This document shows positions 10,768-23,200 of a stretch of 64,000 nucleotides of DNA, one piece after another. Within the stretch, counting starts at the first letter, position 1. Each line of letters begins with the position of its first letter. The position numbers were made by a program, and so were the translations under genes. The notes beneath the pieces are model-generated. The model saw only the letters and a program-made list of their open reading frames with translations, was not told where the DNA came from and did not search any database. Origin of the DNA: Selaginella moellendorffii. Its lineage: Eukaryota; Plantae; Lycopodiophyta. The DNA lies in assembly GCF_000143415.4 (NCBI RefSeq), contig NW_003314317.1:496001-560000 (forward strand), written 5' to 3'.

Positions 10768-13700
10768 TTAATTGAACTTTGCATAAGTACATAGAGTTCT
10801 GCCATGCAGAAATTCCTCCACTAGATCTCGCGCATTCGCTAGGTTCTCCTCCAGTTCCCATGTTGCTTCGCAGTGTGGAAATCCTTTCCACTTCACATGG
10901 AACTCTCTCACCTCGCGTCTTTGTCGCTTGCTCTTGCGTGCATTGAGGATGGCCTCGACTTCGTATTCCTCCTCCCCTTGGATAACCTCAGGTAAAGGTC
11001 TTACTTGGTCCTTGCGAAGCGGATCCTCAAAATACGGCTTGAGCAAGTTCACGTGGAACACGGGATGCATCTTCCCCATCTCTCGAGGAAGTCGGAGACA
11101 GTAAGCCACTTTACCGATTCGAGCCTCAATCTCGTAAGGCCCCGCGAACCTGCTTAAGGAACTCAAGATCAATTCATTTACAGGAATACATGCATTTAAC
11201 TTTGGGTCAACTTCCGGCTGATCCCACTTGGTAGCCTAAGGTTCTTGGTGTTCAGCCACACCTTCTCCTCAGCTTGGAACTCCACATCCCGACGCTTTTG
11301 GTTCATGTACTTAGTTTGCCTTTGTTGAGCCCGTTCCAAGGAATCCCTCACTAGATTCCAAATGTTGAGTCTTTCCGCCGTGAATGCCTCCACTGCGGGT
11401 AACTCTCCATGATACTCGGCCACGCTGAGTTCCACAGGACCTTCAATAGCTCGCCCATTGATGACTTCCCATGGACTCACCCCGATGCTCGAATGTGGTG
11501 AGTTGTTATAACACATTTCCGCAAGTCCCAAATGACTTACCCAATCGGTCTGGTCTCCTGAGACATAGCATCGCAAATAATCCTCCAGCTGCCTATTCAC
11601 CCTTTCCATTTGTCCGTCTGTCAAGAAGTGTTAGTGCCATCAACTTGACTTAATACCCCATACCTGTCTGTGGGTGATAGGCTGTGCTGAATTTCAACTT
11701 GGTGCGATACTGTTCTAGGAGTGTCCTCCAAAACCTACTGGTGAAGATCTTATCTCGATCTGAGATAATCTCTTCCGGCCTTCCCCGCACTCGAACCACT
11801 TGTTCAAAGAACAGCTTCGCCACACCTTCCGCATCCACTTCCGTTGTGGTGGGTATGAAATGTGCCATCTTCGAAAATCGATCCACCACCACGAATATCG
11901 CATCGAACCCCTCGCTTGGGGGTAGTCCCGTGATGAAGTCCATTGTAAGACATTTCCACGGACGATCTGGAATTGGGATGCTTTGCAACAAGCCCCCACT
12001 AGCCTTAGTCACGGCTTTGACCTGCTGACATGTTGGACATGTCTTTACATAGTCTTGGACGTCCTTAGCCATATCTGGCCAATGGTACTTCCTCTTGAGT
12101 AAGCCCATCGTCTTGGGCACTCCACCGTGTCCCGCAAGAGGTCCGTCATGACACTCTTCTAAGGCTACCTTCCTTAGTCCCCCTTCTGGAACATATACCC
12201 TCGTTTGCTTGTAATAAATGAGTCCGTTGCGTTTCGCATAGCCCGTTTTCTCTTCCGTTGGCAGCTCACCTCTCTGGTGAGCTTCCCGCGCCTCCAGATT
12301 CCTCAACAACACTTCTTGTGCTAGACCATCGTTCTCATATGCTGTCCGCACATCGTCCCAGAAGGTTGCTGTTGCGCTGGATATCGCCAACCTCAAGCTC
12401 GCTTTTCGACTTAGCGCATCTGCCACGATGTTGCTCTTCCCAGGCTTGTACAGAATCTCACAATCAAACTCGGCCAAGGCATTGGCCCACCGACCTTGTT
12501 TCCCTCTCAGGTCGGGTTGTGACAAGAAGTGTTTCGTTGCCACATTGTCCGTGTAAACCTTGAAGTGTCTCCCAAGGTAGTGTCGCCACTCCTTGAGCGC
12601 CTTGACCACTGCAAACAATTCCTTCTCGTGGGCAGGCCACTTCCGTTGAGCCTTGTCCAGCTTCTTCGAGAAGAACGCTACTGGATGGTTGTCTTGCTTC
12701 AAAACTGCGCCCAACGCAAAGTCTGAAGCATCCGTGTCTACCTCGAAGTCCTTACCAAAGTCCGGTAATGCCAACACGGGAGCCTTCCTCAATTTCCCTT
12801 TGAGGTGGACGAATGCCGCCTCGCATTTCGCTGTCCATACCATCTTCCCTTTTCCTGTTTGGTCCGTTAAGGGCAGGGCTACTCTTGAATAGTGTCTGAT
12901 AAACTTTCGATAGTAGTTGCATAGCCCCAAGAATGCCCTCAACTCATGTACATTCGATGGTCTCTCCCATTCCTGGATCACTTGGACTTTTTCCGGGTCC
13001 ACCTTGAGCCCGTCCTGGCCCACCACATGCCCGAGAAACTTTACCTCTTGTTGAGCAAAGTCACATTTGCTCTCTTTAGCATACAGTTTGTGTTCCCTTA
13101 GTTTTTCAAACACCTTCGCCAAGTGTTCGGCATGCTCCTCTAGCGTCTCGCTATAGATCAGGATGTCGTCAATATAGACGACCACAAAGTGATCCAGATA
13201 GGGTACAAAGATGTGGTTCATCAACGCCGAAAACGTTGCCGGTGCATTGCACAGCCCAAAGGGCATCACCAGAAACTCAAAGCTCCCATACCTCGTTCGA
13301 CAGGTTGTCTTCTCGACATCTTCCTCAGCTACCCTGATCTGGTAGTATCCTGACCTTAGGTCAATCCTCAAGAAGTATTTTGCCTTTCCCAACCTATCGA
13401 ACAGGTCCTCAATCCTTGGCAAAGGGTACTTGTTCTTCTTGGTATACTTGTTGAGCAACCGGTAATCTATGCACATGCGCATAGATCCATCTTTCTTTTT
13501 CACAAATAATACCGGCGCCCCATACGGCGACTTGCTCAACCTAACATACCCTTTGTCCACCAACTCCTCTAGTTGGCACTTGAGCTCCTTGAGTTCTTTT
13601 TCGTTCAAACGATAGGGTGGACGAACCACCGCCTCAGCACCCTCGACCAGCTCAATCTTATGTTCTATCGGTCGTGCGGGGGGCAACCCCGCCGGTAGCT

Positions 13701-15456
13701 CCTCCGGCATGGTATCCTGGAATTGGTCCAGTACCCGCTGGATCACTAAAGGTACTTCTTCCGTTCTTGTCTTTTTGTCACTCTTCACCGAGAGTAAGCA
13801 CAAAAAGGCTGCCTTAGTTCCTTTAGTGAGTTGTCCTCTCGTGGACACCAAGTTTAAGCATGACTCTTTGGCCTTGCTTTGCCCTACCATTAGATCCTGG
13901 GCCTCCACCCTAGATCTTCTTCCTTGGGCATTCGCCAATACCACAAGGTTCCTACCTTGTCCATGCAGGGCTACCACGAACCAATTAAACCAATCCATTC
14001 CGAAGATCACGTCAAATCCCGCCATGTCCAAGACGGTGAAATCCATGTCTACTTTCCATGTCCCTACTTCGACTCTCGCTTGTCGAAGTACCTCATCGGT
14101 GCTTTGGCTACCTTGAACAAACTCTATAGTCCTTGGTTCGCCTAGCCGCTGCACCGTTAGTCCGGCTTGCCGGACTATGTCTGCAGCCACAAAATTATCC
14201 GAAGCACCCGTGTCAATAAGGATCTTAACAAAGCTACCTCCGAGCTTCCCTCGGAGGGCTAGTAGATGTCGCGAACGACTCTCTACCAAAGTTGCTCGTG
14301 TAATGAGTAACTTTGAGTTAGGGACTGGATCACATACCTCAGTTTGGACTTCACCCGACTTGATGGCCATATTGGCTCTAGCCTTCTTCGGGTAGGGACA
14401 TTCCCTCGAGAAGTGTCCCGCTTCGCCGCAGTTGTAGCATACGTTGTTTCCCACGCTGCTATACGACTTAACCTTCTTATCCGTGGGTTTGTCTTTTTTC
14501 GCTTGACTCCCCCACGTACTCGCTCGCTGGCCACCGGATTTGCCTTTCCGGAACCCCGATGACTCATTCTTAGAGAAACTCTTCTTGAATTTCCCCTTGC
14601 TATACATTCCCCTTGGTTTGGCCCCTTTGCTAAATGTGGATCCCGACCCCGTCGTGTTCCCCTTTCGCAGGTTATCGTTGAAATGCACCTTGATGGCCGC
14701 ATCCAACGCTTCCTTGTAGTTGGTCGGGTTCCACCGCATCACCTCACCGCGAGCCCAGGTTTGCAAACCTGATATGAAGGCATGGAACGCATCCATATCC
14801 CCCATGTCCGTGACAAGTATCCTCTTTGCCATGAACCCATTCACATATTCCTGGATGGTTCCAGTCTGCTTCAGCCTACTCAGCTCATCTCTCAGATGCA
14901 GAGTGGCATTCGGAGGAACGTATGTTGCGCGGATCTTCGCCTTCATCATGTCCCAAGTGGCCACTGGTCCTTCGTTGGCCTCCGTCGTTCTCCACCAAGA
15001 CTTGGCATTATCTGCCAAGTATGGTTTTGCACATGGGACCTTCTCCGAGCTCGGTAATCGCAACGCTCGGAAGTAGTCCTCCATATCGTAAAACCAATCC
15101 TCCACCACTTTATAGTCGTTCACTCCCTTGAAGACCGGTGGGGGCTTTGGTTTGTACTTGGGAACTGCTTGAGGGACTGATTCCACTTCGGTTTGTTCGA
15201 CCTTGTCTGGTTTTGCCTCAGTCCCTGCCGAAGGGTCCGCACCTTCTGCGCTGCTAGCATCCGCAGTCTTTCGCTTTTTCTTCCGCTTCTCGTCACGCTT
15301 TAGCTTGCGTACGAGAGTTTCCAGCAGGGCATTGGTTTGTGCCAACTGTCCTTCTAGCACGTCCAATCGAGCCTTGGACGACCGAACCTCGCCACCGGAC
15401 TCCTGTTTGGAAGTTTCCTCACTAGAGTCCTCCTCATGCAAGGATTCCTCATCCAT
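10768..15456 (-). CDS. Gag-Pol polyprotein of element C (GAG-CCHC, PR, RT, RNase H, INT, chromodomain), interrupted by two intron-like inserts
   Basis: [34 protein letters not shown] and D..D..E integrase motifs, FAGPY, chromodomain EYEVEAIL...VKWKGF...ATWE. An upstream in-frame ATG at 15537 is cut off by a TGA at codon 8. Confidence 0.93.
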
Positions 15457-15596
15457 AGCCTCTTGTTCAACTGGAGGCTCCAGCTCCGGCGGATGTTCCG
15501 TCTCCGCCTGGGTTCACTTACGCCCTGCCCTTGCCATCTCCCAGCAATCCGCCTCTATCCTTCGCTAGAACTGAGATAAAGGCTCCGATACCAAAT

Positions 15597-16749
15597 TGTA
15601 AGCCACAAATTTTTCCTTTCCAATTTGCTAGCTCACCTCGTCTATCCGTCCGACACTGCCTTGGCTTTTGCTAGGTTCCCTCGCCAAGGTTCTCGCCTAT
15701 GGTACCAGCTCCTACTTGGTCCTACTTGCTTTCAGCTATTCACTGCACGAGCAATGGAGCGTTAGCCACCATCCACGGATTCCCAATCCCCCTCCCCGGG
15801 TTAGACTGAACTTAAGGTTCGGCTACACTCCCCGCAAGCACAAGCAACCAAGCACACCAAGCTTCCAGGTTCCTAACTTCCCTTGGTACCACAAGACTTG
15901 ATCATGGGACCCTCTAAATCCCAAGTCTTGAGTGCAACACTTGCTTCGGGACGCCAGGGCGAAACACCGTGGCCTAGCGGCCCGGTATGGGTACCTTTAC
16001 CCCCCCACTTCCATCCCGAAGGAAGGCCCAAGCCCCTAGGAAGGGCGAGGACCAATGAGCCGCATAGTACTCAAGTGGGGCACCACTCCACATGAGCCAG
16101 GAGCACTGCAATCGGTTTCCCTTTCGGGAGTGGGAGCTGCTCTTGAGCACTTCCTTGGATGGCCCCTCCGGCACCAACCAAGTCCATGCTCACTCCCACC
16201 CAAGGCCCCTCGGTCCCAGTCCCAACCTCAAGTCAGTTTGGGAGCTCCACTGGAGAGTCCCTTCTAAACTGGTTCCTGGACCTCACTATCCCCACTATAC
16301 TTTTGGAACCCCTTGCAGCTCCCCCCCCCCCCCCCCTGGAAGATGCACGCTTTGGGCTTTCACCCCTTGACCCGTATTAGTATTTGGACTTAGTCTCTGG
16401 CTTGATCTCGGACCCGATTTCGGATCCGACTTCGGATTCGGTTTCGGACTCGATCTCGGACTCGATTTCGGACCCGATCTCGGACCCGACCTTGGACTCG
16501 ACCTCGGACTCGGTCTCGGACCCGATTTCGGATCTCGGACTCCGTCTCGAACTCGGTCTTGAACTCGGACTCGAACTCGGTCCCCGAGTCGGTCTCGGAC
16601 TCGATTCCGGACTCGATCTCGAACTCGGTCCTAGAGTCGGTCTTGGACTCGATCTTCGACTTGGTCCCATCCGATGAACTCTTTGTCATTTTGGTCATGC
16701 TTTCGGGGTTCCTTTAGCCTACGACACCTCGGCGAGTTGGTTCCTTACA
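15597..16749 (-). repeat. 5' LTR of element C
   Basis: TG...CA, adjacent to the iMet PBS on the minus strand. Confidence 0.95.
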
Positions 16750-19700
16750 ACACAGAGATGAAAACGATGATCCGAATGGGTACACGTTTGGTGCAAGGGG
16801 TTCACATTCGTTCCTTGGGTATGGTTTTTGTTACCTTGTCGTACCTTATGATGTGAGCTTGCTCTTGGGCTCATAGGATGGATTTGAGATGCTCCGTTAA
16901 CATGAGTTTACGCTTGGGCTCGTGTGTGAGGCACATTAGCAACTCAAGGTTACACTTTGAGTTGGCGGGATTAATATTAGCCTATCGGTGGTTCCATGAG
17001 TTGTTCCATGTACCGTGAGTGAAAGCAAACCTTCCCTGGGTTTGCTATGAGTGGCAAATAAGCTGGTCCGTAGCTGTTTAGCACGGCACTAGTGGATCCT
17101 TCCTAGGCATGGTTACAAGTGGATCAGTCAAGACTGTAGGGATTAGTCTATTGGTTCAAGTAATCATTGCCGTGCTCTCTCATAAACTTTTCTTGGATTG
17201 GACTGAAGGTAGTGCGAAAGCAAGCTTGAGGTGTAGTCAAAAGATAAGACCGAAAAGAGAGTTGTCGGGGACGGAGGATCAAACACGTAAATCATCTTCT
17301 CTTTTAGAGAGATGGTTTGCAACGAGGGGTGACTCATTGCTCATGTTCATATCATGCAATCAAGAGTCCCTACCTTGATGCATCTTGGAGATGATGGTCT
17401 TACAAATAGTGAGTTATGGGATGGATAGCGGTGAAGCGCTAAACCATTTTGTCTAGGCTTGCTATAGGAAGACTTGGGTTGCAATGCTCAATTCTTCTCC
17501 GAGGAACCTTGCTATTGCTCCTTGAGTAGCTTGGTGTTGGATTAGTTTTGAGTTTGGTCAAAAAGAGAGTGGCATGAGCTTGTCCGTGTTGTGAACAAAA
17601 GTTAGTGATGTTGGGTGTTATAAGTCTCTATCGGTGGAGTGTGGCATTTATGTTGCATTTTGTCAAATTGAGTTGGCACTTGATACTCACATAAACCTTT
17701 GAAATAATGACATTGGCATTGCTCGTGGTGTTGCTCAATTGATGATCAAGTCATTGTGATACTTATATTATATCCATGTGATAATGAGCAATGTGTTTAC
17801 GAAGTTGCTTGGTTAAACGATGATCAACCCCAAAGTGGTTGATGGTGAAGCTAGTCTACTTGCACGAAGTAGCATTGTAGTAGCTTTGACTGGATTCTCG
17901 ATGGTGGTCCATTATGCTAAATTTAAGTTGGTTCCTTGTTTCCTTGAGGGTTTGCCCATAAAGTGTTGGAAAGGGTTGTAGCATTCATTTGCTATAGCTC
18001 ATTAGTTGATCTGTTAACACTTGGAGTAGATTGTTGGATAGAGAAGGTGTGAGGTTGAAGCATTGACATTACTAACACTTGTGTTAGTAGAAGTGGCATA
18101 ATTATTTCAAGTGATGAGGAGTTTTCCTTAGAGCTTGATTTTCCATGTCATTTTTCTTGTTCGTGTTTTTGGCTTCACATTGGATCTTGAAAGTGGTTGA
18201 AGAAGAGTGTTAGTGCAATATGGATATCCGAAGATGTGGTCTTCGTGATCAAGCCTTGGGTGTTCATTTTGCATCTTTACGGATATCAGTATTGGATATC
18301 GGAAGTATGGGCAAAAAGATGTTCGAGGCTTAAGCATACTATAGGTCATGAAAATTTGTGTTGAGGTGAACCTATGTGAAGTTGTAAGTAGGAGGAAGTT
18401 GGTTGAGTTTTGAAAATTTGCATTTCTAGGCTGAGAGTCATTCTTTCTCTAGGATTGGAAGATTTTCCACAAATTTTCTTAGACTTTTCCAATGGTTGAT
18501 CTGTTGGTCACTTTGCTCGAAAACCATTCCGTTTTCGTAAGCCAGTACAAACTAGTGAAGGGGTTGGAGTTAACTTCGGTTGGCTTACACCTTAGTAGGT
18601 AGTTTGTATGATGCAGCCCAAAAGGGATGCTAACTTTTGGGGCTAAGGCAATTGAGTTGGATAGAGTCTAGAGTTAGTGTAGAAAAGTGGCCGTTGCACT
18701 TTTCTAGAAAGGTGACCTTTGTGCTTTTCTTTTGTAGCATTATGCTTGGTGGCAGGTTGCACTTTGCATTTCGTTAGACTCTATGAGAGTAGTGAGCTCT
18801 CACTGATCTTGACTTGGTCTTGGTAGCCTTGCGCCTTGGCTAAGGATGGTGATGTTCAACTTAGTTGTTTGAGTTTGAGATGTTAGTACCCATACTATAG
18901 TTTTGTCTATGAGGAGGTTGTGTACCAATATAGATCCATCTCATGGTTTTCACTTTAGTTTCAGCTGAGTGTTGATCATGCATAGCTAGCCTCTTCAAGG
19001 CATGCTCAGAGCTAGTGGCTAAATGCATTAGTGAGCTTATTGTAGTTGAGTTAGATTCGAGTGGTCATTTAGTTTGTGCTTGTCAATGAACTTTTATCTC
19101 ATACCGAAGGTATCACGTTCATGTTGGACAAGTGTATGACTAAATGACAAGAGTTTAGTGTTTGGGTCTTGTGAAGGCAAGTTGAAGGGTGATTGTTGGT
19201 TGCTTTGCGACTAATGATTGCTTGAAGATTTCGTCGAGGACTATTTGACACTTGCTTCGCTCGATGAAAATTTAGCAGTGATGGGTTTACTTTACCGGAT
19301 GGTGTTGCGGAGGATCGTGTTGTTAGACTTACATGGGTTTTCCATGTTGGCATGTCAACTCTACTTCTGTCGATGTCATTTGGTTGCATTTAGTCCGTGG
19401 TGTTGGATTTCATTGAGTCTTGGATGTGGTGATTCACTCCTTGAGAAAGTGTTATCTATACCTGAGTAATGTTGAAGGATTGATCTTGGATACTAACTAA
19501 AGTATCTTCGACTTTGGTTAGCTTGGTTGCTAGAGAGTTTTGAGTGGTGATACACTCGTGCTTTCTTCTGGCTTTGTTCTAGTGTTGATGGCATTGAAGT
19601 GATGCCTTGTCGTTAACATTGTTGATGTTAAGATTTTAGTGAAATGAGATGTCTCTCTGCAAGATTGATGTCAAGTTTCATTAGTCTTGATGAAGATAGT

Positions 19701-20265
19701 GTTCATGATTTGGCAATGGCTTTGTGTTATTGGCATTCGTGCATTTGCTAGTTAGCAACTATGTTGACGTTCAAATGATCTAAGTGACAAGTTTGAGTTA
19801 GTTGTGTTCTAGACAAAGTTGTTTAGTAAAGGTTGAGCTTTGAGCTTTTCTTTGAAAAGTGATTTAGTCATGGACTATGCTAACTCTATAAGTGGAAGAG
19901 TTAGTGATCGATGTTTGAATGTTTGAATCCTTATTGGATTTGAATTGGAATATATTGATCATTGATGATTCTTTTTGTGCTTGTTATGAAGTGACTTACG
20001 TCTTTCTATAGATGGATTCATGGAGGATCGTTTGGTGATCACTTGTCAAGCATAGCTTTGTTATGTTTAGCTTTTGGATTGATGCAGACATGCTCTTCAT
20101 TAGCTTGGCATTATGAAGCTTAGCTTATGGATGTGTTGAGGAGGATATTGTGGGTTGTACCATAATTTCTTCTTTAGCATTGAAGTTAGTTCATGCGAGA
20201 CTTGTGATCATTGTTAGGAAAGACTTGGCTATAAGCTTCTTCGAGCTTGTGGTTCTTTGAGTTTT

Positions 20266-23200
20266 TGTCGCGAATGTGACTTCGGGTATCGAAAGATACT
20301 TGTCGACCGGTCCTTACGGACACTCTTTCCTTACTGCCACGGTGGCAGGAGGTCGGTATTGCTGGACCCTTTATCAGTCCCTCTTGTGCTAGTGGAGTTA
20401 ACTGGGCATTTCGAGTGTACTTAGACCGGACGAGCATAAGGACGGAATTCCTACGTGTTATTAGCTAAGCATACTTAGCCCGGTAAGGAGTTCCCGTCTC
20501 GTTATGTCTTGCACTGGCTAGTGACAAGAACCCTCGCGTATTGAGATTGGTCCCTCAATATCGCTACATGATAGCTTACCGTGTCTGCCAAACACCCTCG
20601 CTATCATGCCCTTTGTGTTAGTCTCATTTCGGTCCCAAATGCTATTTATGGAAAGTGTCCAGATTTGCTCATTTGGCATATCTACGGAATGTAGAGATCG
20701 GTCTGAACACAATGGTGTTCGTCCCATGTCCAAATTCACAATCTAGAGACATTCCATATTTAGTAAGTTTCGAGCTTGTCCCAGAGACTAACTCCTGGTA
20801 CTAAGGGAGGCTTGGGGTGAAAGCCCAAAGCGTGTGTTCCTCAAGGGGGGGGGGCTGTGGGGGGTTCCAAATGTATAGTAGGGATAGTGGGTAGGTCGGG
20901 CATGGCCGACCAACCTGAGGCATAGTCTAGCTCCCGCTTGCGTGCCTGTCCTTGTTCTGCGTCCGGCTTGGGTCTAAGCCCAAGTTCCATTCCATGCTAA
21001 TTGGTGGAGTACCCATATCCTCGCGTTAGGCCACCGGTATGCCGAAATAGCGCCAGACTCCATTTGGCTCCGTTTTGTGTGCTGGTCCTGGCATTGGGAT
21101 GCTGGTTGCTCCAGGACTGTTCCAAGTCGCTCCGGGCTCCTGTCCCTTTGCTCCTTGGGCTTTATGCTCGGGAGTTGCTCCGTGGAACGGTTCCGTCACT
21201 CCTTGGCTTCGTGCTTGGGAGTTTGGCACCGTTCCTTCGTTCAGTGGCCCAAGGCCCTGAACTTCGGGTTCCTATGGACACGTGGCATGGACACGTGGCA
21301 TGTGACACGTGGCATCTGTCACGTGGCACAAAGAGGGTTTAGGTTCCGCTTCGTGGTGTTATCCTATGGTAAATCACCATAGGATAAAGGGTCAAAACCA
21401 CGTGCGCTACATTTGGTATCAGAGGATGAGTCTCAGCGAGTACTATTCAATGAGATTGGGCAACTAGTCTCATTGCATACGCAGAGATGAAAACGATGAT
21501 CCGAGTGGGTACACGTTTGGTGCAAGGGGTTCACATTCGTTCCTTGGGTATGGTTTTGGTTACCTTTTGTACCTAATAATGTGAGCTTGCTCTTGGGCTC
21601 ATAGGATGGATTTGAGATGCTTTGTTAGCACGAATTTACACTTGGGCTCGTGTGTGAGGCACATTAGCAACTCGAGGTTACACTTTGAGTTGGCAGGATT
21701 AATGTTAGCCTATCGGTGGTTCCATGAGTTGTTCCATGAGTTGTTCCATGTACCGTGGGTGAAAGCAAACTTTCCCTGGGTTTGCTATGAGTGGCAAATA
21801 GGCTGGTCCGTAGCTGTTTAAGCACGGCACTAGTGGATCCTTCCTAGGCATGGTTACAAGTGGATTAATCAAGACTGTAGGGATTAGTCTATTAGTTCAG
21901 GTAGTCATTGCCGTGCTCTCTCATAAACTTTTCTTGGATTGGACTGAAGGCAGTGCGAAAGCAAGCTTGAGGTTTGGTCAAAGATGAGACCGAAAGGAGA
22001 GTCATCGGGGACGGAGGATCAAACACGTAAATCATCTTTTCTTCTTGGAAAGATGATTTGCAACGAAGTGTTAACTCATTGCTCGTGTTCACATCATGCA
22101 ATCAAGAGTCCCTACCTTGATGCATCTTGGAGATGATGGTCTTAAAAATGGTGAGTTGTGGGATGGATAGCGGTGAAGCGCTAAACCATTTTGTCTAGGC
22201 TTAATATTGGAAGACTTGGGTTGCAATGCTCAATTCTTTTCCAAGGATCCTTGCTATTGCTCCTTGAGTAGCTTGGTGTTGGATTAATTTTGAGTTTGGT
22301 CGGAAAGAGAGTGGCTTGAGCTTATCCATGTTATGAACAAAAGTTAGTGGTGTTGGGTGTTGTAAATCTCTATCGGTGGAGTGTGGCATTTATGTTGCAT
22401 TTTGTCGAATCGAGTTTGCACTTGATACTCACATAAACCTTTGAAGTAATGGCATTAGCATTGCTCGTTGTGTTACTCAATTGATGATCAAGTCATTGTG
22501 ATACCTATATCATATCCATGTGATAATGAGCAATGTGTTTACGAAGTTGCTTGGTTAAACGATGATCAACCCCAAGGTGGTTGATGGTGAGGCTAGTCTA
22601 CTTGCATGTAGTAGCATTGTAGTAGCTTTGACTGGGTTCTCGATGGTGGTCCATTATGTTAAGCTTAAGTTGGTTCCTTGTTCCTTGTTTCCTTGAGGGT
22701 TTGCCCATAAGGTGTTGAAAAGGGTTGTAGCATTTGCTATAGCTCATTAGTTGATTCATTAACACTTGGAGTAGATTGTTGGATAGAGAAGGTGTGAGGT
22801 TGAGGCATTGACATTACTAGCACTTGTGTTAGTGGAAGTGGCATTGTTATTTTAAGTGATGAGGAAGTTTCCTTAGAGCTTGATTTTTCTTGTTAGTGTT
22901 TTAGCTTCACATTGGATCTTGAAGGTGGTTGAAGAAGAGTGTTAGTGCAATGTGGATATCCAAAGATGTGGTCTTCGTGATCAAGCTTTAGATGTTCATT
23001 TTGCATTTTGCGGAAGTCGGTGTTGGATGTCGGAAGAATGGGCAAAAAGATGTTCAAGGCTTAAGCATACTATGGGTCATGAGAATTAGTGTTGAGGTGA
23101 ACCTATGTGAAGTTGTAGGTAGGAGGAAGTTGGTTGAGTCTTGAAAGTTTGTATTCCTAGACTGAGAGTCATTCTTTCTCTAGGATGGAAAATTTTCCAC

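Larger units (their letters stand above)
9204..16749 (-). mobile_element. Chromovirus-type Ty3/gypsy element C, near intact, reverse orientation inside B1
   Basis: LTRs 9204-10364 and 15597-16749. iMet PBS tggtatcggagcc (15593-15581), PPT-like gggtggtgaag adjacent to 10364. TSD ACGCA/ACACA, with the empty site tacgcagagatg visible in B2 near 21478. Confidence 0.96.
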
